A stretch of DNA of 64,000 nucleotides from Oscillospiraceae bacterium (GCA_015067675.1 SVMB01000002.1:1315-65314), one strand, 5' to 3'. Shown: positions 46,203-56,370, counted from the first letter of the stretch. The notes: generated by a model from the sequence alone, not told the origin. Numbers and translations are program-made.

Positions 46203-47306
46203 ATGGATTACTTTAAAACCTACGTCTCCAATACCCTTGCCGGTTCCGGCAACCAGCATATCTTCTTCCCCGAGAACCCGGATGCCGTCTACACCGGCCG
46301 CGTCTATTACAAGGTTTTTGCCGGCGGCACCTACAACTACTCCCTGCTCTTCTCCAACATCATTGATTCCACCTACTCAAACGGCGCCGTCAGCCATGCA
46401 AACCTTGTCTGCGATCAGTGGGAGCTTGTATCCGCCTCTCTGGGCGTGGCAAAAGTCTGCTCCGCCACCGTTGCGGAGGATCCCATCGAAGCGTTTCCCC
46501 TCACCTTCGGCGGCAAGACCGCCAAGACCGTCATGCCCGCCGAGTTCTTTACCTCCGATCCGATCAGCATCACCTGCGAAAAAGACGACTACCTCTGCCT
46601 CGAGGTCTCCTACCGCGGTCGGATGATTCCCTATCACGAAGAATCCATCATCCCCTGCTTCATCCGTGAAAACGGCGAATGGGTACGCAGCAAGCATGCA
46701 ATCTTTGCCGGTATGATCGGCTGCGACCGTCCGGTGGCGCTGCGGGTGGGATACCTCGGCGACTCCATCACCCAGGGTATCGGCGTCGCCGTCAACTCCT
46801 ATGATCACTGGAACGCAGTTTTATCCGAGAATCTCGGTACCGATTACGCCTACTGGAATCTCGGCCTCGGCTTCGGCCGCGGTCATGACGCCGCCTCCGA
46901 CGGCGCCTGGCTCTTCAAGGCCCGTCAGGTCGATGTGATCACCGTCTGCTACGGCATCAACGACATCCGTGAGATCCACGATGTGGATATCATCTGCGGC
47001 GATCTGAAATACATCACCGAAACGCTGCAGAAGGCCGGTGTCAAGGTGGTGCTGCAGTCGGTTCCCCCGGCAGACTATACCGGCGAAAAGCTTGATATGT
47101 GGAACGCTATCAATCACCGCATCCGCACAGAGCTTGCCCCCATCGCCGACTACTTCTTCGATGTCATCCCCACCATCAGTCTCGATGCAGACCATCCCCA
47201 GAATACCCCCATCGGCAACTGTCATCCCGATGCGAAGGGCAGCGGCCGCTGGGCTGCGGGGCTCTATCCGCTGATGAAGGACGTCACCGACAAACTCCGC
47301 CGGTAA
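46203..47306 (+). CDS. SGNH/GDSL hydrolase with an N-terminal domain of unknown function
   Basis: GYLGDSITQG (block I) and GINDI (block III). Confidence 0.75.
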   Translation: MDYFKTYVSNTLAGSGNQHIFFPENPDAVYTGRVYYKVFAGGTYNYSLLFSNIIDSTYSNGAVSHANLVCDQWELVSASLGVAKVCSATVAEDPIEAFPLTFGGKTAKTVMPAEFFTSDPISITCEKDDYLCLEVSYRGRMIPYHEESIIPCFIRENGEWVRSKHAIFAGMIGCDRPVALRVGYLGDSITQGIGVAVNSYDHWNAVLSENLGTDYAYWNLGLGFGRGHDAASDGAWLFKARQVDVITVCYGINDIREIHDVDIICGDLKYITETLQKAGVKVVLQSVPPADYTGEKLDMWNAINHRIRTELAPIADYFFDVIPTISLDADHPQNTPIGNCHPDAKGSGRWAAGLYPLMKDVTDKLRR

Positions 47307-47336
47307 CGCATTCCACCTTTGACAGGAGGCGATCTC

Positions 47337-48239
47337 ATGATTATCGACGCCCATGCACATGTTTATGACGTCCTCGCAGGCTACGGCCCCCGGGGAGAAT
47401 TCCGTCCTCTGGGCAAAGGCCGCGGCATCTGGGCCACCGGCGACGTGGAGCAGTTCTTCCCCGCCGAGTACGGCGATCTGGGCTTTCACGCCGAGACGCT
47501 GGTCAGGCTCATGGACGAAGGCGGCATCGACCACGCCGTCTTGCTGCAGGGCGGCAACTACGGCTTTCACAATGACTACACCGCCGAGGCTGCCCGTCGC
47601 TTCCCCACCCGTTTCACCGCTGGTATGACGGTGGATCCCTATGCAAAATATGCGCTGAAGATCCTTGAGCATCTGCACCGCGATTACGGTATGCAGATTC
47701 TGAAATTCGAAGTCTCCGAAACCTGGGGACTGACCGGCTATCACCCGGCTTTACGGCTGGACGGCCCGGAAATGACGCCGCTGCTCTCCTACGCGCAGGA
47801 AAACGACATCGTCGTGGTCTACGACATGGGCCCCATTGGCACGGCAAGCTTTGATCCCGGAGCGCTTTTCCGCCTCAAAGCTGCCTACCCCGAGCTGACC
47901 TTCGTCATGACCCACTGCTTCTTCCCCAGGGAGGACGGCAGCAACGATCAGCGTCTTGCCTGGATGCGGGAGCTTGCCTCCGACCGCTTCTTCTTTGACA
48001 TTGCCAATCTCCCCTTAAAAAACGGCAACTTCACCTTCGTGCGCGGCTTCCTCGCGGAGGCCAAAGCCGCCGTCGGCGCCGATCACCTGATCTGGGGCAC
48101 AGACGTGCCGGGTGTACTCAAGCGTTTCTCCTACCGCGAGCTCACAAGCGTCGTCACCGAATCCAGCGTGTTCACGCCGGAGGAGCTGGCGCTTGTCATG
48201 GGTGAAAATGCCCGGAGGGTGTATCGGATTAAGCTCTGA
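47337..48239 (+). CDS. amidohydrolase-2 family metal-dependent hydrolase
   Basis: MIIDAHAHVY start and TIM-barrel amidohydrolase-like sequence. AGGAGG SD before the ATG at 47337. Confidence 0.75.
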   Translation: MIIDAHAHVYDVLAGYGPRGEFRPLGKGRGIWATGDVEQFFPAEYGDLGFHAETLVRLMDEGGIDHAVLLQGGNYGFHNDYTAEAARRFPTRFTAGMTVDPYAKYALKILEHLHRDYGMQILKFEVSETWGLTGYHPALRLDGPEMTPLLSYAQENDIVVVYDMGPIGTASFDPGALFRLKAAYPELTFVMTHCFFPREDGSNDQRLAWMRELASDRFFFDIANLPLKNGNFTFVRGFLAEAKAAVGADHLIWGTDVPGVLKRFSYRELTSVVTESSVFTPEELALVMGENARRVYRIKL

Positions 48240-48269
48240 GCCCCCCGCACCACAAAAGGAGATCCTCCT

Positions 48270-49874
48270 ATGATACGTACCTGTAACGCTTCCGAACTGG
48301 ACACACTCATTCAGACGACCCCTGACGGCAGCGTATGCCGTCTCGAGCCGAAAGAATATTATCTCACCCGTCGTCTTGAAATTCTCGGCAGGCGGCACCT
48401 CACCATCGACGGAAACGGCGCGACGCTGATCACCCGCTACGAAAATGTCATGCCCGCGGTTGCCTGCACCGACGCCTTCTATCTTGAAAACTGCGACCAC
48501 GTCACGCTGAAGAATCTGACCATCACCACGGACACCCCCATCAACATGACCGCCGTCGTGGAAAGCTATGATGAGACTGCCGGGGCATTCGTCCTGAAAG
48601 TGGACGACTGCTATGCCGTCACAGGCCGGGAAGTACTACTTGCCATGACTTCCTTTGACGCGGAAGGTTCCCCCGACCGGCGCTTTGCAAGCTTTCTCCG
48701 CAATCCCGATCCCACCGCCATCAAGGTTCTGCACAACGAGATCATCTGCTTTGCAAACCATATCGGTCCCCCATACGAGTATCTGGGCGGCAACCGTTTC
48801 CGGATGCGTGTGTCCGATCTGGAATTTGCCTTCCCGCCGCAGATTGCCCCCGGACTGCGGCTGTGCATCCGCCACACGATGTACGGCCCCAGCGTGATCA
48901 CGCTGCGCGACAGCTCCAACACCTGCCTGCAGGACATCACCCTGCCCGCAGTGCCCGGATTCGGCGTGACCGTTCTGACCCGCTGCCACAACCTCACCAT
49001 CGACGGGCTGCGTCTGCCGCTTCTCGACCCTGAGCACACCCTCATGGCCAGCAACTGCGACGGCATCCACATCGTGGGACTGACCGGCAGGCTGATCATG
49101 AAAAACTGCCTCTTCGACGGTCTGGGCGACGATGCGCTCAACGTCCACAGCACCGCCGGTACCGTCACAGCCATCGCCCCGGATCGCCCTGTTTTCAAAT
49201 GCAATTACTGCAAGAAAACCCCGGACGGCGTTTTGCCTGCCCACTGGTGCGCCGAAGGTGATCTGCTGCGCTTCTTTGAACCCGAGACCCAACAGGTCAC
49301 CGCCACCGCCGTGGTCTGTGCATTCGAAGATGGATACGTCACCTATCGTGACCTGCAGGGGGAACCGAGTGTGGGCGATATGGTACAAAACGTCGCCTTT
49401 ACCCCTGCCTGCGAGATTGAAAACTGCGTCGTGCGCAATTCCCGTGCCCGGGGCTTTCTCATCCAGACGGAGAATGTGGAAATCAAAAACTGCTCCTTCT
49501 TCGGCATCGCCGGCAGTCCCATCAAGGCTGCTCCCGCATTTGTCCGCTGGTACGAGGTCGGCCCCTGCAAACACCTCTGCATCCACGACAACGACTTCGA
49601 GAAATGGGGCGAGGGGAATCTCAAAACCCCCGCCGTCGCGGTCTACACCCGCCACAGCGGCAACGACGAGACGATCACCGGTCTGCACCGGGATATCCGC
49701 ATCACCGACAACCGTTTCAGCCGCAAAAGCGGCCTCTGCATCGAGGTTTCCTCGGCGGATCAGGTCGTCGTCACCGGGAATCGTTTTTTCGGCCGCGAGG
49801 ATCCTGCCGCACCGGCGGTTGGAACCATCAGCTGCCGCGACGTGCGGATTGAGGATAACCAGGACGTGCGGTAA
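48270..49874 (+). CDS. right-handed parallel beta-helix repeat protein (pectate-lyase fold)
   Basis: Repeated ~22-25-aa turns with N/D-x-x-I/V-x-N patterns (ENCVVRNS, IKNCSF, IHDNDF, ITDNRF). No signal peptide. Confidence 0.6.
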   Translation: MIRTCNASELDTLIQTTPDGSVCRLEPKEYYLTRRLEILGRRHLTIDGNGATLITRYENVMPAVACTDAFYLENCDHVTLKNLTITTDTPINMTAVVESYDETAGAFVLKVDDCYAVTGREVLLAMTSFDAEGSPDRRFASFLRNPDPTAIKVLHNEIICFANHIGPPYEYLGGNRFRMRVSDLEFAFPPQIAPGLRLCIRHTMYGPSVITLRDSSNTCLQDITLPAVPGFGVTVLTRCHNLTIDGLRLPLLDPEHTLMASNCDGIHIVGLTGRLIMKNCLFDGLGDDALNVHSTAGTVTAIAPDRPVFKCNYCKKTPDGVLPAHWCAEGDLLRFFEPETQQVTATAVVCAFEDGYVTYRDLQGEPSVGDMVQNVAFTPACEIENCVVRNSRARGFLIQTENVEIKNCSFFGIAGSPIKAAPAFVRWYEVGPCKHLCIHDNDFEKWGEGNLKTPAVAVYTRHSGNDETITGLHRDIRITDNRFSRKSGLCIEVSSADQVVVTGNRFFGREDPAAPAVGTISCRDVRIEDNQDVR

Positions 49875-49903
49875 GGTCGCGCAAAGCCTCTTTTGTGAAC
49901 AAG

Positions 49904-49935
49904 AAAAAGCCTCCCCGTTTCGGGGAGGCTTTCTT
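49904..49935. terminator. bidirectional intrinsic terminator
   Basis: aaaaagcctccccg-tttc-ggggaggctttctt. Confidence 0.8.
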
Positions 49936-49942
49936 ACTGCAA

Positions 49943-51073
49943 TCAGATTTCGGGGATGGTGATCTCCACCTCGCGGCCGATGGCGCTGGAGCGCAGGACG
50001 CCGTCGATGATGGCCTGGTTCTTGATGATCTGGCTGGTGGGGACAGGAGCTTCGCCGCCTTCGCGCACGGCGGTGATGAAGGAACCTACCTTGCGGTCCC
50101 AAAGGTCGCCCGCCTTGGGGTCATCCGGGATAATCGGCACAGTCATCTGCATCGACTGACCGGCACACTCGCGGTAGATCGTCATGGGGCCGCCCACGGT
50201 GCCGTTCCAGCAGTTGGTGGAGGGAATGCGCAGACCGGCCTTGGTGCCCAGAATCAGGGTATCTCCGGGCGTGTCCATATTCATGGCCCAGGAGATGCGG
50301 AAGTCCAGGATGATGTCGCCTTCCAGACGGATCAGGGCTCCTGCGAAGTCGTCAACGCTGAACTTGGAGGCAATGTATTCAGGATTCTGGTTCTTGTAGC
50401 GGTAGGTCTCCGGATCCTTGCCGAAGTGGGCATTCTTGAAGCCGGACACGGTCAGCGGCATGGGATAGCCGATGGCGTTGAGCACCATATCCAGCGAATA
50501 GCAGCCGATATCACCCAGAGCGCCCACACCGGCAGTCTCGTCCTCAATAAAGGTGGTCTTGGTATCGCTGGCGGGAATGCCGCGGCGGCGGCCGCCGCCG
50601 GTCTGAATGTAATAGACATCGCCCAGCTCGCCGGATTCCACGATCCGCTTGATCTGCTGCATATTCTGGTCAAAGCGGGGCTGGAAGCCAACGGTCAGGA
50701 TCTTGCCGCTTGCCTTCTCCGCACGCATCATCTCCACGCACTCCTCCAGCGTCACGGCAAAGGGCTTTTCCAGAATGACGTTGACACCGTGATTGAGCGC
50801 ACAGATGGTGGGGGCTGCATGCTGGCGGTTGTAGGTACAGACAGACACGCCGTCGAGCTGTTCCTTCTCCAGCATCTCCTCGTGGGACTCGTAGCAGCGC
50901 ACGCCTTCCACGCCGAACTCTTCAAAGAACTTCTCCGCCTTACCGGGTACGATATCGCAGCCGGCCACGATTTCAATATCATCAAACTTCTCAATGCGGC
51001 GCATATAAGCACCCATATGGGCATGGGCGATGCCGCCGGTACCGATAATACCGATTTTCAGTTTTTCTGCCAT
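49943..51073 (-). CDS. Gfo/Idh/MocA family oxidoreductase
   Basis: KIGIIGTGGIAHAH Rossmann N-terminus. ATG at 51073 has better SD spacing than the one at 51082. Confidence 0.85.
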   Translation of the reverse strand: MAEKLKIGIIGTGGIAHAHMGAYMRRIEKFDDIEIVAGCDIVPGKAEKFFEEFGVEGVRCYESHEEMLEKEQLDGVSVCTYNRQHAAPTICALNHGVNVILEKPFAVTLEECVEMMRAEKASGKILTVGFQPRFDQNMQQIKRIVESGELGDVYYIQTGGGRRRGIPASDTKTTFIEDETAGVGALGDIGCYSLDMVLNAIGYPMPLTVSGFKNAHFGKDPETYRYKNQNPEYIASKFSVDDFAGALIRLEGDIILDFRISWAMNMDTPGDTLILGTKAGLRIPSTNCWNGTVGGPMTIYRECAGQSMQMTVPIIPDDPKAGDLWDRKVGSFITAVREGGEAPVPTSQIIKNQAIIDGVLRSSAIGREVEITIPEI

Positions 51074-51160
51074 AGTATTCATCCGCCTTTTCTGCTAGTA
51101 TTTGGAGTCTTGCTCAAGCAGATTATAGCACAGATACGCTCATCAGACAACGCTTTTTTT

Positions 51161-52513
51161 CTACTTTTTGCCGCGGTCCAGCTCTTCAAACAGCTTCTTG
51201 TAGGGCATCAGCATCCCCTCGTTCATTTTATTCCCCATCTTCGCACGGATTTTCGGCGAGGACATGAGAGCACCCACCAGATACATCTTCGCCACCGTTC
51301 CCTGCTGCTTCTGCGGGAAATCATAATCGCCGTTTTGTTTATAGAACTTATGGTCCGCCTTCATCATGCCGCGCATGATGTAAATCAGGTCGCGGAAGAT
51401 TTTCATGCCGCCGATACCGTAGAAGTTGCGCGGCGGTACCTGCGGATGGGTCAGCGCATACTCAAGCTCGGAGGCCAGCTGATCAATCTCACCGTCGGGA
51501 TCGCGCTCGTCCGTCGCAATGCCCGTCATGACGTTGGCGCCCACCTGTGCCCGGGCTTCGATGACCGTGCGCAGGTTCTCCTCCGCCGAGAGACCGCCGC
51601 TGATGAGGTATCCCACGGGCATACCCACCGTCACCGTGCGGTGACCGTTGCAGAACTGGCGGTCATCGTACATCTTAAACCGTGCACCCATGGAATGATC
51701 CCGGATGGTGAAGGCATAGATCATCGCCTGCGCGGTCTGGATGCTGTTTCGCAGGAATTCGTCAAACCCGTCGGTATAGACGCACTTGCCGTCTGCGGCA
51801 CAGCGAAAGCATCCCAGGCATCCGCCCTTGAAGGGAAACTCCCGGAGGTTTACAACCCGGGTTTTGCGCACGCATCTGGCCTGAAAGCGCGCGATCATGT
51901 CTCTGAGCTGCGCATCCTCGGGCGCGAGATCGGTGATAATCACCACGTCGCCGGGTTTATCCTGTGCAGCAGCGTCCGGCACGGTCACAGGCTGCGGAGT
52001 ATGGGCGCATTCCACGCGGCGCACGGGTTCCGACCAGCCGTTTTTCACACAGAGGCTGAAATGCTGCCAGAAAGCCTCCGCCTGACGGCGGCCCTCAACT
52101 TTGAGCAGGTCATCCATATCCGCCGACAGCCCGCGCACATACCGCAGCCCCAGATCCTCGCAGTTATCCTGCACATACCGATGGGCAGTGACGTCGTAGA
52201 AATGCTTGGAGGTGGTGATCTGGGTGGCAAACTTCCCGCGCAGGTCGATGTGATGCATCTTGACAAGCTCGATGAAGCGGTGGAGCTGGCAGGGCGCGAT
52301 GAAGGTATACACGGGATAGGAAAACAGCAGCACATCCGCTGCACGAAGGAGCGTCTCTGCCTTCGAAAAGTCACGTTCCAGAGCCTTGATCTGCTGTCCG
52401 ACGTGCAGAACGGTGAACTTCTGGTCGGGATACAGTCGGGCAAGGTAGTTGACCGTCTGCAGGGTGATGCTGTATTCGCCCTTGGGGCTTGCGTTGAGCA
52501 CGAGGATATTCAT
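51161..52513 (-). CDS. flavodoxin-like fold NAD(P)H-dependent oxidoreductase, two tandem domains with a Cys cluster
   Basis: MNILVLNASPKG...SYPVY plus a second domain with CLGCFRCAADGKC. Confidence 0.65.
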   Translation of the reverse strand: MNILVLNASPKGEYSITLQTVNYLARLYPDQKFTVLHVGQQIKALERDFSKAETLLRAADVLLFSYPVYTFIAPCQLHRFIELVKMHHIDLRGKFATQITTSKHFYDVTAHRYVQDNCEDLGLRYVRGLSADMDDLLKVEGRRQAEAFWQHFSLCVKNGWSEPVRRVECAHTPQPVTVPDAAAQDKPGDVVIITDLAPEDAQLRDMIARFQARCVRKTRVVNLREFPFKGGCLGCFRCAADGKCVYTDGFDEFLRNSIQTAQAMIYAFTIRDHSMGARFKMYDDRQFCNGHRTVTVGMPVGYLISGGLSAEENLRTVIEARAQVGANVMTGIATDERDPDGEIDQLASELEYALTHPQVPPRNFYGIGGMKIFRDLIYIMRGMMKADHKFYKQNGDYDFPQKQQGTVAKMYLVGALMSSPKIRAKMGNKMNEGMLMPYKKLFEELDRGKK

Positions 52514-52588
52514 GAGGTGTCGCCTCCAATCCGGATGATGCTTCCATTATAGCACAAAAAATGGTAATTGCAAACGTTTGAACATGGG

Positions 52589-53418
52589 CTACAGCGTCCA
52601 GGTTCCGTGACGTTTTCTCAGCGCTGCCGGCGTGATTGCAAATCGTTCCTTGAAAATCTTATTGAAGTGGCTGAAGCTTTGAAATCCCAGTTCCTCGGAA
52701 ATATCCTCTGCCGGTCTGTACGTCAGGATTAACTCATTATAGGCACTGCGCAGACGCTGCTCGTTGATATACTGTTTCAGGCTCATACCGAAGTGCGCTC
52801 TTATGAGCCTGGCCAGATGACTCCGGCTGTAATGCGAAAGCTGCTCAAAGGCCGTGATCCCCAGTCTGAGATTCTCCGTTTTCTTCATCTCATCAATCGC
52901 CTTTGCAAGCTGTCCCGGCAGTTCCCGCGTTTCACTGAGACAGTCGGTATTTTCGATGCAGGAGCGCAGAAACAACGCCAGCAGCAGCTTGCAGTCATAC
53001 TCTGTCACGTTCTGTCGGTCACGGTAATAGTCCTCCGACGGCATCAGTCCGGGTACGGCGGGAAACTGCAGCGGCGCGGCGTATGCCCGGATGCGCTGCA
53101 GCAGCAGAGCGTCGTATATATCACAGATCCGTTCAAATTCCTCCTGTCTGACCGAAAGGGAGATGATCCGCATCTCTTCGGACTGATCCTGAAAGCAATG
53201 CCGGTCTCCGGGACGCAGCAGCGTGACGGTTCCCGATTCACAGATACATTCCTGTTCATTAAGCAGCTGCTTTCCCCAACCGTCCGCAAACCAGATCAGC
53301 TCATAGAAATCATGGGAGTGATACACGTCGGTCAGCTTTCGGTTCCGGATATGCTGAAAGATATATTCTTTTTTCTGGCAATGTTGATTTTGTCAAATGC
53401 GTATTCCACAGCAGTCAT
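52589..53418 (-). pseudogene. AraC family regulator interrupted by a 1-nt frameshift in a 6-nt homopolymer
   Basis: ATG at 53418 (GAGGG SD) opens MTAVEYAFDKINIARKK. After the A6 run (plus-strand T6 at 53369-53374) the AraC frame continues EYIFQHIRNRKLTDVYHSHDFYEL... to 52589. The two frames are offset by 1 nt. Confidence 0.6.
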
Positions 53419-53461
53419 TGTAAGCCCTCATCCCAATCTTCGAAGAGTAAATACCGCATTT

Positions 53462-53490
53462 ATTATACCGTTTTTCGCTCATTTTGGCAA
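53462..53490 (-). promoter_or_regulatory. outward-facing promoter at the left junction of repeat copy 2
   Basis: Minus strand: TTGCCA (first bases of the repeat)-17 nt-TATAAT (flank), reading toward the AraC gene. Confidence 0.45.
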
Positions 53491-53987
53491 TACAAAGAAA
53501 ATTTGATGAAGTTGGTGGTTTTTGAGACGTTTTCTTCATTCTTCCGTCGAGGCGCAAGTGAAACGAGCGTCGAGCCACGATTGAACACGTATTCTGCTAT
53601 ACCAAGTGATAAAGAAATGCCGTCTTCTGCAGCATAACCCAGTTGCAAAAGACGGCATTTTTTTGTTTCGTGATGCTGAAGCAGACGGCATCTATCGTAG
53701 CTCGTGACTCGTAAACGCGCAGCGTTCACTTGTCACTCGTCGTTGGTACAGCAGAAGATACGATCAGGCGGCGAGGTTTTGATTTAATCATTTTTTTGCC
53801 GTCCTCTATCCGCTTTATCTGTCATTCTGTTACCGCGACATACGGGATCGACGGGGGCTCCTCGCCCCCTTTGACCCCCCGCCAGGACCAGGGCCCTGGG
53901 CCCTGAGGAACGCAAAGCGTTCCTCACCCGGCTGCGCCGCTTAACATCTGCCGCGAATCGTTGTCCGGAATTGCATTTTATCCGCAG
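53486..53987. repeat. second copy of the repeat element (core plus right arm only)
   Basis: Colinear with 37593-38090, roughly 85% identity by hand alignment. The left arm is absent. Confidence 0.85.
53617..53665. terminator. bidirectional terminator inside repeat copy 2
   Basis: atgccgtcttctgca...tgcaaaagacggcat followed by ttttttt on plus and tttctttatc on minus. Confidence 0.7.
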
Positions 53988-54005
53988 CGTCAAAGTGGCG
54001 GCTAA

Positions 54006-56207
54006 TCAAAAGCGCATCAGCACCGCTTCTCCCGCCTGCAGCTTCACCGCATCCACCGTTTCCCCGGTCACCACGTTCACTGCCGTGCCCGGATGCAGAG
54101 ATTCCGCCTTGAGAATCGCAGCCTGATCGGTAAAGTTTGCTGCCAGGCAATATCCATTCCCGTCTCTCGCCGTGACAGTCAGGACGTGTATCCCGTCCAT
54201 CTTCTTACATTCCAGCGATCGGCTCAGCTGTGCGGTCTGATCAGCATCTCCCAACGTCAGCGCAAATCCCACGTTCAGGATTTCCGTGTTTCTGTCGACC
54301 CATTTGTATTCTCTGCAGAACGGCGCACAGACTTCTTCCGCATACAGCGTACCGCTCTTTTCTCTTCGAACGATATCAACCTGCCGCCTGCCCTCTCTGA
54401 CAAGCGTCAGCGGCATATTGGCGGCAATACCGATCTTGTTATCGAAATTCACATAGCTGCCCAGCGCAATGGTCTCAAACCGGCCGGCATAATCGCCGCC
54501 GCGCAGATACCGGCTGCCGTTTTCAAACACGATATGGCGCTGTCTGCCGTTAAAGATGTCGTTGGGCACGTTATAGAAGATGCCCGAGACCTCCGAGATG
54601 AATACGCGGTTGAGCGTCCTGGCATACTGCAGGCAAAGCACGGTATTGTCATCGGGAAGGGCTGCAAACGCAATCTGCTTTCTGGCCATCTCCTCCAGGT
54701 TCTGTCCTTCTGCCATAAAGAGGTCGGAAACCGAGATGGTGGAACCGATTGTCAGGAAGCCTCCGTCAAAGGAGTACACCTTATTTGCTTCTTCCTCGTC
54801 ATAATTGAGTCTGCCGACGCCGACGATCCTCGCGCCCAGATTAAAACGCCATTCCGCCAGCGAGCTGTCGTCCTGCGGCACAAGCAGTCCCTGGGGATTT
54901 TCGGCGGACTTCCATACGAAAGAGGCATAGCGGTTCCCGGTCGCGGAGAAAGCTGCACCGTGGAAGTCGTCCTTCCAGGCAGTGATCTTCTCAGGCTGAC
55001 GGAAGCGCCGCAGGTCAAATTTCTGGTGCCAGTAAAGGCTCATGGAAATCGTATTGGCGCGGTCGCTCTCCAGACGGGTGTAATAAAGAGGCGACAGGTT
55101 TTCAAAGTGACCGAAGCGGTTTGAGAGGAACGAGCCGTCCCCGTTGACCGCTGTTTCCTTCTGCAGGATTTTCAGCCATCCGTCCTCCAGCATGCCGCAG
55201 TCTTCTCCGCAGACGTCCTCGATCAGCGCCCAGGAGGGCAGCGCATAGTCCTGACAATAGCAATATCTGGCACGGGAATCTCCGCCGATGCGCAGGAGTC
55301 TGCCGTCATCAAAGGTAGTCGAGCGGATCAGCTTCCACTGCTCCTTGAGATGGTGGTAGATGATATCGTCCGCCTTCATGCCCCGGGCTTTCAGAGAGAA
55401 ATGGATCATGGCGATATTGGACAGGCAGATATTCAGGTAGCCGATATTCAGATAGCCATGGTGATTCGTGGCGTAGGTTTCAAACATATTCGCACCGACA
55501 AACAGATCGCCGACACGCAGGCCATCCACGATCTCATCGGAATTTTCATCAGACTCAATCGAGATGCCGTTGGCAAAAAACCGTCTTGCCTTGTCAATGT
55601 AGCGCTCCTTGTTCGGCGTATCGGGATAGAGCATGGCTGCGCGGTACAAAATCGCACCGTTCCAGATATTGCTTTCGGGGCGGTTGAGATTGTTATAGCC
55701 GCCCACGGTCTGGCTGACCCTCGCACTGCCGTCCAGACCCGCTACAACCGGGAACTCATGCAGGATATAGTCGCTTTCGGATATCATCACCTTCTTCAAA
55801 AGCGCCTTATCCTCTTCGGTCAGATCCTCCCAGATGGCCTCAATGCCATGAAACATCCGCTCGATGCCCAATACATAGATCCAGTTGTGACCCCACTTCC
55901 CGCCGTCGATACAGACAAAGTCGCCCTCCAGATGGGTACGCAGAGTATAGCGCAGCATGCCCAGCGCCTGCTCCAGCACCTGCTCTCTGGTGATCGGAAG
56001 ATCGGACAGATCCACATTTTCCAGCTTCGCCAGAATGGCAAACGCGGAAAACGCCTTCTGATGGGTATGAACGCCCCAATGACCGTGTTCACCCGCGCCG
56101 TAGCAGATCAGACCCTCTTTTTCCGGGCAGTAATAGAGATGTTTCTGGGAAAACACCACCCAGTTCTTCAGCAACGCAGCATAGCCGTTAAAATCAAACT
56201 CTTTCAT
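54006..56207 (-). CDS. hypothetical protein, possibly (alpha/alpha)-toroid plus beta-sandwich, heparinase II/III or polysaccharide-lyase-like
   Basis: 733-aa cytoplasmic protein with weak resemblance to heparinase II/III-type architecture. GGGAGAAAG SD. Confidence 0.4.
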   Translation of the reverse strand: MKEFDFNGYAALLKNWVVFSQKHLYYCPEKEGLICYGAGEHGHWGVHTHQKAFSAFAILAKLENVDLSDLPITREQVLEQALGMLRYTLRTHLEGDFVCIDGGKWGHNWIYVLGIERMFHGIEAIWEDLTEEDKALLKKVMISESDYILHEFPVVAGLDGSARVSQTVGGYNNLNRPESNIWNGAILYRAAMLYPDTPNKERYIDKARRFFANGISIESDENSDEIVDGLRVGDLFVGANMFETYATNHHGYLNIGYLNICLSNIAMIHFSLKARGMKADDIIYHHLKEQWKLIRSTTFDDGRLLRIGGDSRARYCYCQDYALPSWALIEDVCGEDCGMLEDGWLKILQKETAVNGDGSFLSNRFGHFENLSPLYYTRLESDRANTISMSLYWHQKFDLRRFRQPEKITAWKDDFHGAAFSATGNRYASFVWKSAENPQGLLVPQDDSSLAEWRFNLGARIVGVGRLNYDEEEANKVYSFDGGFLTIGSTISVSDLFMAEGQNLEEMARKQIAFAALPDDNTVLCLQYARTLNRVFISEVSGIFYNVPNDIFNGRQRHIVFENGSRYLRGGDYAGRFETIALGSYVNFDNKIGIAANMPLTLVREGRRQVDIVRREKSGTLYAEEVCAPFCREYKWVDRNTEILNVGFALTLGDADQTAQLSRSLECKKMDGIHVLTVTARDGNGYCLAANFTDQAAILKAESLHPGTAVNVVTGETVDAVKLQAGEAVLMRF

Positions 56208-56329
56208 GATTCTTTCTCCCGTGTATGATGGTTTTTCGGTCCGTTATCCATGGAGGTTTGCGCTTTATTTCATTATAAACAGGACCGGTGAAAAAAGAAA
56301 CCTCATATTCAATGCTAAAGGGGTGATTT

Positions 56330-56370
56330 TCGAAACACAAAGAGAGCACAGCCCCAACAGCTATGCTCTC
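56330..56370 (-). terminator. possible terminator between the glycyl-radical enzyme gene and the downstream gene
   Basis: Minus strand: gagagca-N15-tgctctc followed by tttgtgtttcg. Confidence 0.4.

Noticed and set aside
49895-52552. 885-aa plus-strand ORF, plus similar giants at 24816-26864 (+), 30254-32107 (-), 43267-44418 (-), 60094-61578 (+) and 21906-22781 (-)
   Set aside because: Each lies antisense to a gene with clear family signatures (Gfo/Idh/MocA and flavodoxin-like, PcrA and GH-like, GH106-like, Hcp, binding protein, DegV). Some span intergenic terminators. Composition is biased and there are no motifs.
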